DNA from: Basidiobolus meristosporus CBS 931.73
Taxonomy: Eukaryota > Fungi > Basidiobolomycota
Assembly (NCBI GenBank): GCA_002104905.1
Contig: MCFE01000176.1
Coordinates: 78,724 to 142,723, forward strand
Reading direction: 5' to 3'
Length of the DNA stretch: 64,000 nucleotides
Positions 1-13,900 of this stretch are shown one piece after another (the stretch's first letter is position 1; every line of letters starts with the position of its first letter). The position numbers were made by a program, and so were the translations under genes. Under the pieces are notes generated by a model, which worked only from the letters and a program-made list of their open reading frames with translations, was not told where the DNA came from and did not search any database.

Positions 1-1750
1 AGTAGCAGATTACCACAAATATCAGTAATGAGTGCTTTGAGGATTTACTACTATGTTCTTCCAAGATCATTCCAGGATGTAATTTAACATGTACATGGTA
101 GAAATTAACAACTGTCTTGCAGCTGGCAACATATGACCCAGAGACCATCCTGATACCAGCATGTTTTAGCAGTTACCTAGTGTTCACATCAGAAAATGCC
201 TCCATTGGAAGGTGACCAACTTGTCAGGAATCAACCACCATTGGGGGAAAATATTGCATGCACTGCAGATATATTCCAGTAATACCTTGTCTAAAGAAGC
301 TTATGTAGTACAACAATTATTGTGAAGCTATAAAGTACCACTCTCAGTATTAAACAAGCACCAACATTTCCAATTTACTTGATTGCAAACATCATAAACA
401 AATAGGAAGCAAGGGCTACTTTCAAGGTATGTATGGTCATATCTTTGCCTTGGCACTTAATGGATTCCCATCAAAGAAGTACTCTACCAGCAAATGCTGC
501 AAGCCACTTATTTGCCTGAACCTGAGCCTACTGCTTAACTCACAGTATTAGAGCAGATATCCAATGATAGTCTCACTGGTATCTGGGTCTAAATCATTCT
601 CAAACCTATACAGCTAGCTGTATCCATTGCCAGATGAATATATAGGCTTTTCAGCCCAGTACTACCAAATGGCTGTTATACCTGAGATCATATTATTATC
701 TGAGTGGGAAAAGCCCCTGCCATTAGCAAGATAGCCAGCTTCTCTGGGCACAATGGACAGTATTGCTCTTGAATGTGTTAAGTCCAAGGCACTTACTCCA
801 TAACCCTCACACATTGTTATTATCCAAATGCCACACCCAGAACCTCATCTTCCCACAGAGAGTGTGTGCAGAAGTCAGCATGCAATTGCAGCAAAGTTGG
901 CAAGCTATTGGCCATTGGCCAGAATATAGAATTAACTGGAAACTAGAGATACTTAAAATAGAGGATATCTATTTGAGCATAAGACAACTTTGCAAAAGTA
1001 TGCCAGGTTTCTCTTGGTCACAAGCCAGCTTCTACATTATTCAATACAGAACTCACACAAATAAGAGCCAGAGCACCTATAATGGAACTTGAATCCAGCA
1101 GGGAGAATAAATATATTGGCTAAATATTAAGAAGTTCTTGGCAGATATTCAGAGGTATTCATGGCAATGTGGTGACATTCAAGCATTACTTTGCAGGATG
1201 TATATGTTAGCAGTAGTACAAGGTGTATGGCAGCTTTGCAAGTATCACACCAAAGAGCCATAAGGTTGAGGTGTTAGAAGGGCTCAAATTGGAGTGGGTG
1301 TGCATATATGTAGAGGTCAGTAAGCAGGAGGCCATAATTTTTTTGATTCAAGCTATATGTGGAATACCCATGGTAGCTTTGGGTAAGCAAATACAAAGGG
1401 GTGATTCTGCAGTGGAATACATGAGTGGCACAAAGAGAGTTAAAAAAAATTACCATTTGGTAGATTGGTATGGCAGCATTATACAGAACCAGCTGTAGGC
1501 TGCCATACTTACAATACAATGCAAGAGGAGGTTAGAAATGAGGTCTTCAGAGCACTGTCACGTTTTTTGCCATATAAGGTAGTCAGATATATTGGCTGAC
1601 TTGATCTGCCCAACATAATGCCAGCAGCTTGGGATTAATACTGACAAGATTTTGATGGTATCTTGACTATCTCACTGCCAAATAACAATGAAGACTTGAC
1701 AGTGTTTAAGCAGTCTTTTGACTAGAGTTGCATTTCATAATAACAGACTG
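1..1750 (+). mobile_element. Degenerate CACTA/En-Spm (Tnp2/Transposase_21-like) transposase relic
   Basis: Hand translation through stops gives TILIPAC..FTSENA...PTCQE..GGKY..RYIPVIP.LKKL and ..GYFQG...ALALNGFP..PLICLNL, resembling CACTA transposase. The first ~400 bp are homologous to 18700-19070. CpG-depleted; boundaries approximate. Confidence 0.6.
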
Positions 1751-2049
1751 CATGCACTTGACATTTCTTTGAGCAGATCCAACATAATTTATCCATTATT
1801 TTACTTCTTGTTGCTATATTCTAGTCCCCCTTAAATGTGCACTCTGGCTCTTGTTTGTCTAGATTCTGTAGTGAATAGAGTTGGGGCTGGCTTGTGACCA
1901 AAAGCAACCCAGAATATTCTGGTAAAGTTGTCCTATTGAAATTTGGTTGCTTGTTGTGCCCAACCCAACTTTTCATTACTCAACTGAGAACCCATATGTT
2001 GTGACTGCTTAGCTTCTCAATACCAGAGTCATAGGTATTGCATGTGCGC

Positions 2050-3250
2050 ATCTGTCCTCAGCATCTGCCAACTCTTCCTGGCTGTCCTCTATGCACCAAG
2101 TCATCACATATATGACAGACCTGAAGGTAATACTCTTAATGAGATAGGGACATGTTACTATATGCTACTTGACTTGAATTTCTATCTCCCCACACATCCC
2201 CTCCATAGAAAACTCCAAACAGGCAGGGCAAGGCCCTATATTTTTGATGCACCTAGCAAGATGTAGCAGATAATGAATACAGTAGTGGCATTGATCTATG
2301 CACTCAGCTTTATACTTGCAGTATAGCCACTCAAACCCTGCCACAAGCTCCTTGCATAAAAGCTGTAGATGTGTTAAGTTGGCATTGGTGATTGGCTTCT
2401 GGATATATATTCCTGTAATGTCAACATATGAGTCCCAATGTTTCTAATATACACTCAGCAGAAACAGCTTCAGAATATCACTTGAATCAATGCATATCCA
2501 GTTCACCCATCCTGCATCTGAATTGGTGCATATGCATACAAAATTGATTGAAGCCCATCAGAAGTACAATGGGTAGTAAGAACTCTGTAATATCTTGCAA
2601 ATTCTGTCAAGTTTTTCTTGTATCATGAGTGCTCATTGAGCATGCAATGCTCATATATAACTTGATCATTAGTATAGGCTTATTATTGAAGAGCAAATAC
2701 ATTGATCCCAGTGAAAAGCTGTTGCTCCAACATATACACTGTAACTTTGGTATCTCCCCCTAAGAGCAATAATTGTGATTATCCCATCAACAGACCATCA
2801 CAAAATTAAAGTCCTGTGACTAAGAGGTACTGATCCTGTCAGGACCCCATGCAAAGATCATAAAAGAACAATTGCTCCCCATATCTCACAAAAAACTTTG
2901 CAATATTTTTGACTACAACAACTTATATGTGGCTTTTGGTTGGTCCTCTGCCATTTCATTCACTTTCTGTTCCTGGACACTCAATCACCTTTTATGTTTG
3001 TGCACATTGATTGGCTACTGCCTCTGTTTCACACTCCTTACATCCCGGCTTAACCTATTCTCTAAACTTTGATGCATATAAATTGATTTATTTCCATTGA
3101 AACCTCACTTGTACCTCAATTGCTAATTGTGCTGACATATACAGGTCTCTATACCAAATACTAAAAATAAGCCCAACCCCACACTCAACAAGTGCCTTCA
3201 TCAAAATTCATCATTCAATAAATACATCTGCTTAAATGCCTTTTTCCATG
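2050..3250 (-). mobile_element. Degenerate CACTA transposase relic (C-terminal DUF4218-like region)
   Basis: Minus-strand translation near 2380-2170 reads ELVAGFEWLYCKY..CIHYLLHLARCIKNIGPCPACLEFSMEGMCG, matching the CACTA H.LLH...I...GP....F.mER.CG motif. Boundaries approximate. Confidence 0.6.
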
Positions 3251-6234
3251 ACTGTGGCAGGAACCCTGCAGCTTAATGCCTCTGTTCATTCACTGGTTCC
3301 CATAAGTCCTGGTCTTCAGCCAGCACTGAAAGGTTTAGCACCTCATCTGCCAGTCTTTGCAAAAAATTCTTGCTATACTTGAGTGTGTTTTTCTGAGCAC
3401 TGCTCTTGAAGTAGTATGCAACCTCTTGGTGTGCCTATTAGTGTTTCAAAATTCCACTGTAGGCATTGCAATAGTCCTTTGAGTTATTGAAACTGTTGCT
3501 CTGTCTGTCAGTGGGATCACTGCTCTGTCTACCATGGATGACATTGAGGCGGTAGTAGACATATTGCTTTGCACTGCATATTCATCTATCTCACTGGACT
3601 GTGGCTCCACAAGCTGCACCTACTACTCTTGATAAAGCAGCTGCTCTCTAGTTGGTAATTCTTCTTGCCTATGATGGGATTCAGCCTGTTCTGGGTTGGT
3701 GGCATTATTTGATGAGAACTGCAACCTTTTTGTGATGCTTTCCTTTCTCAGGCTTGAGTAGATCTTTTTCTCATTTCCTTTACCTAAATCAACACCAAGT
3801 CTTTCACTGCTACTGTGTTGGATATCATAGTGCATGTTTTCCCAGTAGTACCTCTGAGCTGTGGTATTGTAGGTGGCTTCTTGACCTCTATGTCCTCCTG
3901 GTTCTCCTTGGTTGATACTTGTCATGACGTTCAGTTGCTCTTGTGGGGTAGTGACTACTCTTCTTGGCATAAGTCCAGGCTTCACTTGTTTAAAGAGAAG
4001 ATCATCTTTGAGATAGTAGTGGTGTGTCTTCTTTCTGAGTTCTCTAAGCTTGTGAATTTCCATCCAACAAGGTTTCTTAAGTGTCCTTAGATATTCTTTG
4101 ATCAGGCTACAGGTAGTTCTCTCTTGGTCTTTGATGGCAATATGTTGGTTCTCTGGATCAATCATATCATCAAAGTGAGATTCCAAGTCTAAAAGTAATT
4201 GTTTTCCCTTCCTGGAGAGTGCATCAGCTACAACATTTGTCTTGCAGGGATATGCCTGACCTCAAAATCAAACATCTTCAGCCATGCCATACATTGGCTT
4301 GTGGCATCATCAGGTAGGTCAGGCTTGTTGATCACTCCTAAAAGTGGCTTGGCATCTGTCTCCAGGATAAATGTGTCATGTAGAATTGTGACTTCAGCTT
4401 CCTCAGCATCTTCACAACTCCTAGTAGCTCTCACCTAATATGTGAGTACCTTTGTTCTCTAGGAGAGAATAAGCCACTATCATGTCTGCAGGCATAGCAG
4501 TTGCCATCTTAATCATCTAGGTCAAGTAGTGCTCCAGCTCCTATAGGGCTTTCATCAACTGTCAAAATAGGTGGGCATTCAGTGTTCTGATAATCAAGAG
4601 GTCTTAGAATCAGTGTAGATACTAAGGCTGCTTTTAGTAATTGCATGGCTTCTTCTTGTTCTCCCCAGATGAATGGAGTATTCTTTCTCTGTAGTCAATA
4701 AATTGGTTCTGCTATCTCAGAAAATCTTGGTATCTGGATTCTTAAGAACCCAGAAGCTTGTGTCCTGATTTGTGGGGGTAAGCTAGTTGCATATTTTTTG
4801 TGTCTTGGAGTCTCCAGGTGAACAACCAAAAGTGTTGCTTTTTTGTCCAACAATGAATATCTCTGATGCACCAAAGCTGCTTTTCTCACCACTGATGGTG
4901 AGTCTGGCTTCTTGAATGGCTCCTAATATGGCATTGTTGTCTGAAGTATGGTCATAGACAAACTTTCTTACTCCAGGCATAACCTCAGGGGTGTCCCGGT
5001 ATTTTGTTCCTTTGATGCCTATGTCATCAACAAAGACAGCAAGTTTCTCAGGTAAAAACTGGTACAGCACATTCACCATGTATCTCTGGAACTGAGCCAC
5101 AGAGTTTGTAGCCCCTTGACTGAGTCTTGTCATCTTAAATTGTCCAGTTGGTGTCTGGAGTGCATACATATCTCTTGATGTCTCATCTAGGGGGATCTGG
5201 TTATATGCTTAGTAGAGAGCATATGTTGAGTAGATGGAGTGACCACTAAAGCTGTCTGCAAAGTCAGCAATAGATGGAGGTATTGCAACATCTCTGATAG
5301 TGACAATATATGCAGGTTGCATGTCTTGTATGAATTGGAGCTTTCCATTCTTCTTTTTGGTCACAAACCATCTGTTAGCATGGCATCTATGGCAAGGCTC
5401 TAGGATACCTGCTTCAACCTTCTTCTTAAGTAGATCATGCACATCAGCTTGGAGTCCTCTGGGCAGTAGGCAAGGCTTTTATGACCAAGGTGTGAGTGGC
5501 ACTGTATAAATCTTGATAGGCTTTTCAACCAATGTTTTTGAGAGCCTCATCTCCTTGCCATTATATGAGAAAACCTTATCATGCTTTTCAGGGTATCTTC
5601 AAATAATAAGATCTCCTCTGGTGTTAAGTTTCCATCAACAATGATAGGTTGCCTAAGTCTCTCAGGTGTAAGTTGTATATCTTCTGGTGTTTCTTCTGGT
5701 GGTCTGATGTAATCAGCTGGATAAGACCCATCAGTCAAAGGTGTAAGTGATGGTCCAATCTTCTGTTCAACTGCCTTAAATGTTGTTTGAACTATGGCTA
5801 TCTGCTCCTGTATACCCAATGAGCAGCTCCAAATGTTGGGGTGTATATTGTCAGGCTCCCTATCTTCTTCTAAAACAAGATGCATCTTCTGGCAAGCAGT
5901 ATATGTCCTCTTATTGTAGGGTGTTGCACCACAGAACATTGACTGTAGCCCTGGGTTTGATCCTTTTAAAGTGTACCACACTGACCCATTGGAATAATTG
6001 GTAGTTTTAGCCTTAGTGCTGGTCTCCCATGGTCTGCCTAGCAGAAGGTCAAAATCCCTTCTGGCAGACAAAGTGAGGAAGCCAGACCTTGATTCTTTGT
6101 ACCTCAATAGGGAACTAGCGCACTACACCATAGAGTGGACTAAATCCTGAGTTTGCATCAGTCATTTTCCATCCAATATCTCTATTGACAGGCAATAGCT
6201 CCTTGCTTCCAAGTGTCTTCCAGAAGTCCTGCAG

Positions 6235-8376
6235 TGTGGTAGGATAAACACACCTCCCACAGACAAGTTTATTTGTATAGCTATTATGATGCACTTGTAC
6301 ATATTTTATCTTATCAGTATTTTCCCATTCTTTTTTTGCCCTTACTATTAGTATAATCCCCATATGATGTTTACCCTGATTAGTTATTAGTATTAGTTAT
6401 CCCAGATGTTATTCTGCTTTGTGATCAATATATGTATCTACATTAGACAAGTACCCATGTCAGTACCTGTGACACATGAGCTAAGTCTGTATTACCATCC
6501 TTGCCATTTCAATACCATATATGGTATCCCTATATTGCGCAGGTTTCAGACTACTGATCCCTGATTCGTTGGATGCGCTGTAGTGGGGTCACAGTGACAC
6601 CCACAGGCAGATGTGCTCATTCTTATGCATTCACTTCCCTAAAAAGGATTACCCCGCCTATATTATTATCATCCCAAATTTGCAATATTTCCTATTTTTG
6701 TCTATGTGATTATTACTATGCAACCTGACAAACTATTTGTCCCTATTAACCCATTGCACAAGCTATTCTTATTCCTTGCCAAGATGCCAAGATAAGATAG
6801 TTACCTTATAAGGCAAGTACCCCAACAGTGCCCATGTCACGTGACCATCTTGGTTTCATAATCCCCCATCTCACTACCATAAGAGGCAACCACATGACAC
6901 AGAGGTTTCATGTTACCACTACCTGATTGGCTAGGTACTACTATGTCTCATGGAACAATCTGCCAAGAATTTGCGCTATTTTTAGTACACAAAGACATGA
7001 TTGGTTGTCTACTACCTTCTGGAAACTTCCGGAAAGTATTTTCTAGCAAGAAATTGAGCAGCAAAAAAGTATATAAGGGAGGCTATCCCTTAAAATAAAT
7101 CATCCCTCTTCCAATATTCCGACTTATTGATTAGTGAGATCACCGCTACCTATTACCACTATTTTCTGACTCAGATCTGATGACACTCCCAGGAAACCGC
7201 GCTGACAGCCAACTGACCTTGGAGGCACTACTTGTGAGGAATACTCAGAGTAGGTATATTTTATTATATTTGTTTGTTTTCCCAAGTTTGTTCTTGTACA
7301 GGCAAAGATACTTTTCAGTCTTTGTAACTATTGGTCAAAGCTGCATTCTTATCAAGTCCCTGTTGGTGGAGTTTACAGTTGTTTTGACTTTGGAAGCTTT
7401 AGTACATTGTCATCTCAAAGGACGTCAAAGCCATTATAAACTTTTGTTAAGACACCAACTAAGTTGGGGATTGTAGTTCAATAGTTTTCCCTTGACAAGC
7501 TTGAGGCTTTATCCCCCATCACTTAGATTAGATAAAAGACCCAGTATTCCTAGCAAGCTTTTGCCAGAGGTTATCGCACCCAGTGAACACCCCACACACA
7601 TTCACACTTGAGAAGTGTTGGCTGTATTTTGCCCTTTGGACTTATACACCACCACAGCGCTGTGCCTTTTAGAACATTCTAGGACTTTCTTGGAGTATTT
7701 TTAGCTCATAGTGATGGCATCAAGAGTTCCACAGATGCCTGGAATTTTCTTGAACCTTGTCATTAGTGATCACTTGGCAATCAAGAGAAGTATTTAAGGG
7801 AAGTCAATCCCTCATCAATAAATCATCCCTTCTATCAGTAACTCTTTCCCCTTATTGATTAGCAGTTGATCACTGTACATACCTTTAACAGTTACACCTC
7901 AGACTTGCCATCAAGTAGCTTTTCAGGGTAGTGCATAAGACACTTAGAGCATATAGGAAGCTAGAGAAGCAGGAGCTTTTACTATAGTGACATATATAGA
8001 AAGACACCAGCAGTTTAGACACAGAGGTTATTGTACCCATCAGACACCTCCTCACCTTGAGTTGTGTTGCTTCTCCCAGGAGTACCTCTACACCCTCAGA
8101 TATTTGGCACCTAACATGGGGGTTTGACTGCATCTGCACACAATAGTTTGATCTAAGACCTGCCATCAAGGAGCTTTTCAGGGTAGTGCACAAGACACAC
8201 AGAGGCCTTTGGAGACACCTGGGGTATCTAGGGAGCTAGAGAAGCAGATGCTTTTACCACAGTGACATATTGACAAAGACACCAGCAACTTAGACCCAGG
8301 GGTGATTGCACCCATTGGAAACCTCACACACCTTGAGTTGTGTAGCTTCTCCCAGGAGTACCCCTTCACCATCACA
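6235..8376 (+). mobile_element. Internally deleted LTR element (LTR-C, PBS, partial second LTR) inserted in the gypsy protease
   Basis: Starts TGTGG and ends CACA, with 4-bp TSD GCAG (6231-6234 / 8377-8380). PBS TGGCACCTAACATGGGGG at 8105-8122. Removing it restores the host frame DSGSEICATLQDFWKTLGSKELLPV. Confidence 0.75.
6579..7656 (+). mobile_element. Solo LTR-B (1078 bp) nested in LTR-C
   Basis: TGTAGTGGGG...CACCACCACA, flanked by GCGC on both sides (6575-6578 / 7657-7660); homologous to 8918-9986. Confidence 0.85.
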
Positions 8377-8917
8377 GCAGCGTAGCACAAATCTCTGAAC
8401 CACTGTCAATATGGCAGTCAACAGGGTCATCATATATATATCCTTTCACCACAGCAGTTGCAACTGAGTAAAAGGTCTTATATTCAGTAGTGTTGTCATC
8501 CTTTTGGAGGTCTTCATGGCTTGTCTGAATCATATGGATATCCATATGTTCAATGGATTGCTGTCTTGTTCTAAGCTGCTCATCAAAAGTCTTCCTAACA
8601 GATGGGGATTCACTCATGATTTCTCCAACCAACAAAGTGAGGTTCTGCTTCAGCAGCTTCTCAGTACTCAGTTGAGGGCTTGAGTAGCTTGCTATCGTTG
8701 AGGTCATCAGGAATGGAGGCAATGAATCTTGATTGGGCAGTATACCAGGCCTTTTGTCAATGATAACTTCTGGCTCTTCAATTTGTGGTCTTCTAAGGAT
8801 GGGTTTGGCAGGTTCTTGAGGAAGTTGTCATTTTGTAGCAAAGGCATCAACTTTGTATTTTTTGTTGTCAGGGCTGCTTGGATTCATGGTATAAGTCCCA
8901 GTAGGGGTATCAATTGT

Positions 8918-9986
8918 TGTAGTGGGGTGACAGTGACACCCACTGACAGATGTGCTCATTCCCATATTTTCTACTTCCCTATATCTCTACTACCCTTATT
9001 TTAGTTTTATCCCATTTGTCTTACCTGATCAATACTATCCCATAAGCCAGTTGACTATCACACTTGCTTACCTATTGCATAAGTTATCACCCACTTTATG
9101 GAAGATTACTAGCAGTAAATGCTTCTATATTAGGCAAGTACCCGCGCCAGTACCCATGACGCATGACTGGTTTGTGTCACCATCCCTACCATCTCCATAC
9201 CATATATGGTATCCCTATGTTGCATAGGTTTCAGAGTACTGATTCCTGATTGGTTGGATGTGCTGTGCCTCTTAGAACCTTCTGGCACCTACTTAGAACA
9301 TTCATAGGTCATCCCAATGTCATTAAGATTTCTAATGATATCTGGAACCTTCTGGAACACCATGATTAGTAATCACTTAGTCAGTGAGAAAAGTACATAA
9401 GGGTGGCTATCCCTCAACAATAAATCCTCATCCCTTTTGTCAGTATACTAACTTGTTGATTACTATGATCACTGCTACCTGCTGCTACCTGAACTTCTAA
9501 TCCCAGACCACAGGACACTCCCAGGAAACTGTGCTGACAGCCAATTGACCTGGGAGGCACTACTTGTAATGAATACTCAGAGTAAATATCTTTAATTATA
9601 TTTGATTCTTTCCCAAGTTTGTTCTTGTACAGGCAAAGATACTTTTCTGTCTTTGTAACTATTGACCACAGCTGCATTCTTATCAAGTCCCTGCTGGTGG
9701 AGTTTACAGTTGTTTTGACTTTGGAAGCTTTACTACGTTGTCATCTCAAAGGATGCTGGACCCTGCACATACTTTTGTTAAGATGCCAACTAACTTGGGG
9801 ATTGTAGCTCAATAGTTTTCCCTTGACAAGCTTGGGGCTTTATTCCCATCACATTAGATTAGAGACAGAACCCAAGTATTCCTAGCAAGCTTTTGCCAGA
9901 GGTTATTGCACCCAGTGAACACCCCACACACAAAACACTTGAGAAGTGTTGGACGTATCTCTCCCTTGGACTTACACACCACCACA
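8918..9986 (+). mobile_element. Solo LTR-B (about 1.07 kb) inserted antisense in gypsy gag
   Basis: Same termini as 6579-7656. The host gag frame resumes across it (..RKST|IDTP..). TSD is degraded (TTGT vs GCGT). Confidence 0.8.
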
Positions 9987-11117
9987 GCGTACTTTTTCTG
10001 GTTGCTGAGTCAGATTTCTGGAAAAGAGCTCTCATCCCTCCTCTTTGTAAATTGATGGGCATCCTTCTTCTTTCCCTGTCAGCAAGCATTCCATCAGCAT
10101 CAAACTGTACAGCTCCATCTCTAGGTAGCTGACTAAGCTCTGAGCAATCTCTTCTGGCATGCTGAGTAGAGTCACACCAGATGCAGTGTCTAGGCAAAGG
10201 TCTTTGGCTCTCAGTAGCAACTTCAGCTGAGCTATTAATCTTGAGGGCTAACTTTTGTAGCTGCTCAGCAAGTTGGTGAATTCTGTTGGTAGTGTAGGTC
10301 TGATTGTCAGCAGCAGCACTCCTTGGCTCCTTGGCTGACTGGTCTGGCAAATTAGATTTCAAAAGTCTCATAAAGGTGGAAGTTGGCTTTGCCTCTAGCT
10401 GAGCACATTTTATCTCTGCAAAGCATGGAATGCTAGACTTGTCATTCCTGGCTGCATGTAAGTCAACTTTCATTGCCAAGTCCTGAGGAAGCCTTTATGC
10501 AAGGTAAAGTGTCATGGTAACCTCAGTTATATTCTGGGACTCTAGGTTGGCTTGGCCATGTCTTCATATTATTAAATGAGCTCTTCAGGTGGTAGCTTGG
10601 AAATTCAAGTCCTTCCAGAGTGTCTAAGGTCTTCAATTCCGTAATATATCTGGGGTCTACCATACTTGGTTTGTAGGTAGGTCTTCATTAAGGCCCAGTC
10701 AGTGAGAATGTCTCCTTGTCTGAGAAGCCTAGGGGTAATATCATTGGTGCAGTAGTAGGAGAATTCTTCAGCCATTTCTTGTTCAGATAGGCTGCACATC
10801 TTGCAGAGCCTCTCCCATTTGAATATGGAGCTTTCCACATTCTTTCCATCAAGCTGTGGGGCTCCATGTGAGAGTGGTAATGGCATAGAGTTCATTTTGG
10901 GTAGGTAGGTTGGTGTTGTAATTGTGATGATATTGGTAGTCTCTTTTCAGTAAGTGGATAATATCTCAAATCTTCTGATAAATCTGTTAGGTCCTAGGGA
11001 GCATGTATGAACCTTCTACGTTGGGTGCCAAATATGTGGTGACAAATAGGTCCAAGGGAGAGATACATCCAATACTTCCCAAGTGTTTTGTGTGTGGGGA
11101 GCTCACTGGGCGCAATA

Positions 11118-12199
11118 TGGTGAATAAATATGGTATTCCACCTGAATACTCACCCAACTTAGCCACTTGGATCATTACCTTCAAATCCTAGAGAATACTG
11201 ACCAAATTCCCTGTTGGGATTTACTTGGAATATTTTCACCAAAATGCCAGGTACCCAGAACATGAAAACTCTTCAAGTAGTCTAGACAGCTCCAAACTTT
11301 GCACACATCTTCTTGGGACCTTCTTTAATCAAATCTGCTTGCTTTTTATGCCAAAACATGTAAAAGTATAAATAATACTTTTACATGCAATAAATTATTA
11401 AGTGAAAACCACATAATCTACTTGTTCTCCCAATCACTTCCAATAGACTTGTTCCATTGTATAGTGCCACATTGAGCCATGAGTGCCAAATGATGCCATA
11501 GTATGCCAGAGAGGCCAAGTGTTCCTATACTTGGCCACAGAGTGTGAAACATAGATATGCATATTCATGCAAAGCAGCCCCTGTGTTTTACTTCTGATGT
11601 AGGAGAAAATCCAATTTTTTGCCTTTTTTTTGTGGATCAATATTGTGCAGGATGTGTAAGAGCACAAAGGATTGAAGGTATGGATCTGGTACTCAATACT
11701 CATGGCACTCTGAATCTAGCTCCTGTGGCTTGTAACATGTCACAAAAATGCATGGCACTATCTTGGTCCACTGTTACTATCCGGCAATGTAAGTGCTCTG
11801 TATTGATCTTACTTTAGCGCTAATATTTAAATACAGTGCTGGATACTACTAGTGGACCAAGATAGTGCCATGCATTTTTGTGACATATTACAAGCCACAA
11901 GAGCTAGATTCAGAGTGCCATGAGTATTGAGTACCAGATCCATACCTTCAATCCTTTTGTGCACTGCACATCCTGTACAACATTTGCCTAAAAAAAGGTT
12001 AAAAAATTGATTTTCTCCATCACAATGAGTGAAACACAGGGGGTGCTTTACATGAAGATGCAGAGCTGTGCTGCACACTCCATGGCCAAGTTTAGGCTCA
12101 ATTGGCCTCCCTGGCACACTATGGCATCATTTGGCACTCATGGCTCAATGTGGCACTATCCAATGGAACAAGTATAATATCTTCAAGACTCTTACAGCA
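11118..12199 (+). mobile_element. Solo copia LTR-A (split by a palindromic element) inserted in gypsy 5' LTR-B
   Basis: Homologous to LTR-A at 61685-62033; TG...CA ends; 5-bp TSD CAATA at 11113-11117 and 12200-12204. LTR-B continues on both sides. Confidence 0.8.
11446..12174. mobile_element. Palindromic foldback/MITE-like element, copy 1 (about 730 bp)
   Basis: About 340-bp inverted arms (GACTTGTTCC...GGAACAAGT) around a ~40-bp spacer; TA on both flanks; no coding capacity. Confidence 0.9.
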
Positions 12200-13355
12200 C
12201 AATAGCCTCTAGCAAATGCTTGCTAGGAGTACTTGGGTTCTGTCTCTAATACAATATGATGGTGGATGAAGCCATGAGCTTGTCAAGGGAAAACTGTTGA
12301 GCTACAATGCCCAACTTTGTTGTATCTTAACAAAAGTATGTGCAGGGTCCAGCATCCTTTGAGATGACAATGTAGTAAAGCTTCCAAAGTCAAAACAACT
12401 GTAAACACCACCAGCCGGGACTTGATAAGAAAGCAGCTGTGGTCAATAGTTACAAAGACAGAAAAATATCTTTGCTTGTACAAGAACAAACTTGGGAAAA
12501 ATCAACTATAATTAAAGATATTTACTCTGAGTATTCCCCACAAGTAGTGGCTTCAAGGTCAGTTGGCTGTCAGCACAGTTTCCTGGGAGTGTCTGGTGGT
12601 CTGGGATTAAAAGTTCAGGTAGCAGCAGGTAGCAGTGATCATGGTAATCAACAAGTTGGTATATTAATAAAAGGGATGATGATTTATTGTTGAGGGATTG
12701 CCTCCCTTATATACTTTTTTCACTGGCTAAGTGATTACTAATCATGGTGTTCCAGAAGGTTACAGAGATCAATAGAAGTCCTAATGACATCACAATGTGC
12801 TAAGAGTATTTTAAGTAGGTGCTGGAAAGTTCTAAGAGGCACAGCACATCCAACCAATCAGGAATCAGTACTCTGAAACCTATGTAACATAGGGATATCA
12901 TATATGGTATAGAAATTGTAGGGATGATGACACGGGTTGATCACAAGTCACAAGTATTGGTACAGGTACTTGCCTAATACAGAAGAACTTACAGCTAGTA
13001 ATCTTACATAAAGTGAGGGATGACTTACGCAATAAGGTAAGCAGGTGTGATTGTCAGCCAGCTTATGGGATAGTACTTATCAAGTAAGACAAATGGGATA
13101 AAACTAAAATAAGTGTAGTAGAGAAATAAGGAAGTAAAAATTATGGGAATGAGTCATAATTTTTACCTAAGATATTGAACCTTGTCTCCAGCTATTGGTT
13201 TGATAAATATGTCTGCAATCATTTCATCTGTAGGGCAGTAGGCTAAGCCAACTAAGTTATTTTCTATGGCTTCATGTATGTGATGATGTCTAATATCTAT
13301 ATGCTTAGTTCTAGCATGAAAAGTTGCATTTCTGTTTAAATGTATATATCCTTGA

Positions 13356-13900
13356 TGTCATGATCAAATGACATCCCTGGTCTCCAATTATCTAGCCAAA
13401 TCAAGTCAGTGAAGAAACCTCAGTTCCTTCTAGAAAGTTCTACTACATTCTAGCAACTTCTTGAAAGCTCCAAGTCACATTGCACAATGGAACATTCTAT
13501 GGACACTTCCCATTTGAATTTATGCAGTTCTATGTCATATATGGTAACTACATGCCACATGACCTAGTTACATGGTCAGCTGACCCCTTACATATCTCCA
13601 TGTGATATTCCAGTCTGTTCTTTGGTATATTCTATCTTGGCACACTTGCTGTGCCTCACCCAAGAACCCCATCAGTATTAGCCAATATCTCTTGGCATCC
13701 ATATTGCCAAAAAGTATATATAGTCCTATCCCCCCTTATGTATTCCTCAGTCTGATAAACACAGGTCTTGAATAAACTGCCTTGCCTTGAAAATCCATCT
13801 TGCCTTGGAAGCACATCTTCCCTTGTTGATCCACACCTAAGTCCTTTCCAGGTCCTGCCTTGCCCAGCTCTACTCTCCAGCCTTGTGTCTATTCATAACA
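13356..13900. mobile_element. Solo LTR-D (545 bp) in copia RNase H
   Basis: TGTCATGA...TCATAACA ends; perfect 5-bp TSD CTTGA (13351-13355 / 13901-13905). The uninterrupted target is seen at ~62260. Confidence 0.8.

Larger units (their letters stand above)
3250..13153 (-). mobile_element. Decayed Ty3/gypsy LTR retrotransposon (host of several nested insertions)
   Basis: Minus-strand order: 5' LTR-B (13153-11035, split), PBS TGGCACCCAACGTAG (11030-11016, tRNA-Lys-like), gag (P.LDGKNV; CIWCDSTQHARRDC knuckle), protease DSGSE...LLLGRPW, RT (5442-4695; VFVDDI), RNase H (ETDAKPL), integrase zinc finger (GGHRGQEATY..RYYW). Many stops and frameshifts; 3' end not resolved. Confidence 0.85.
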
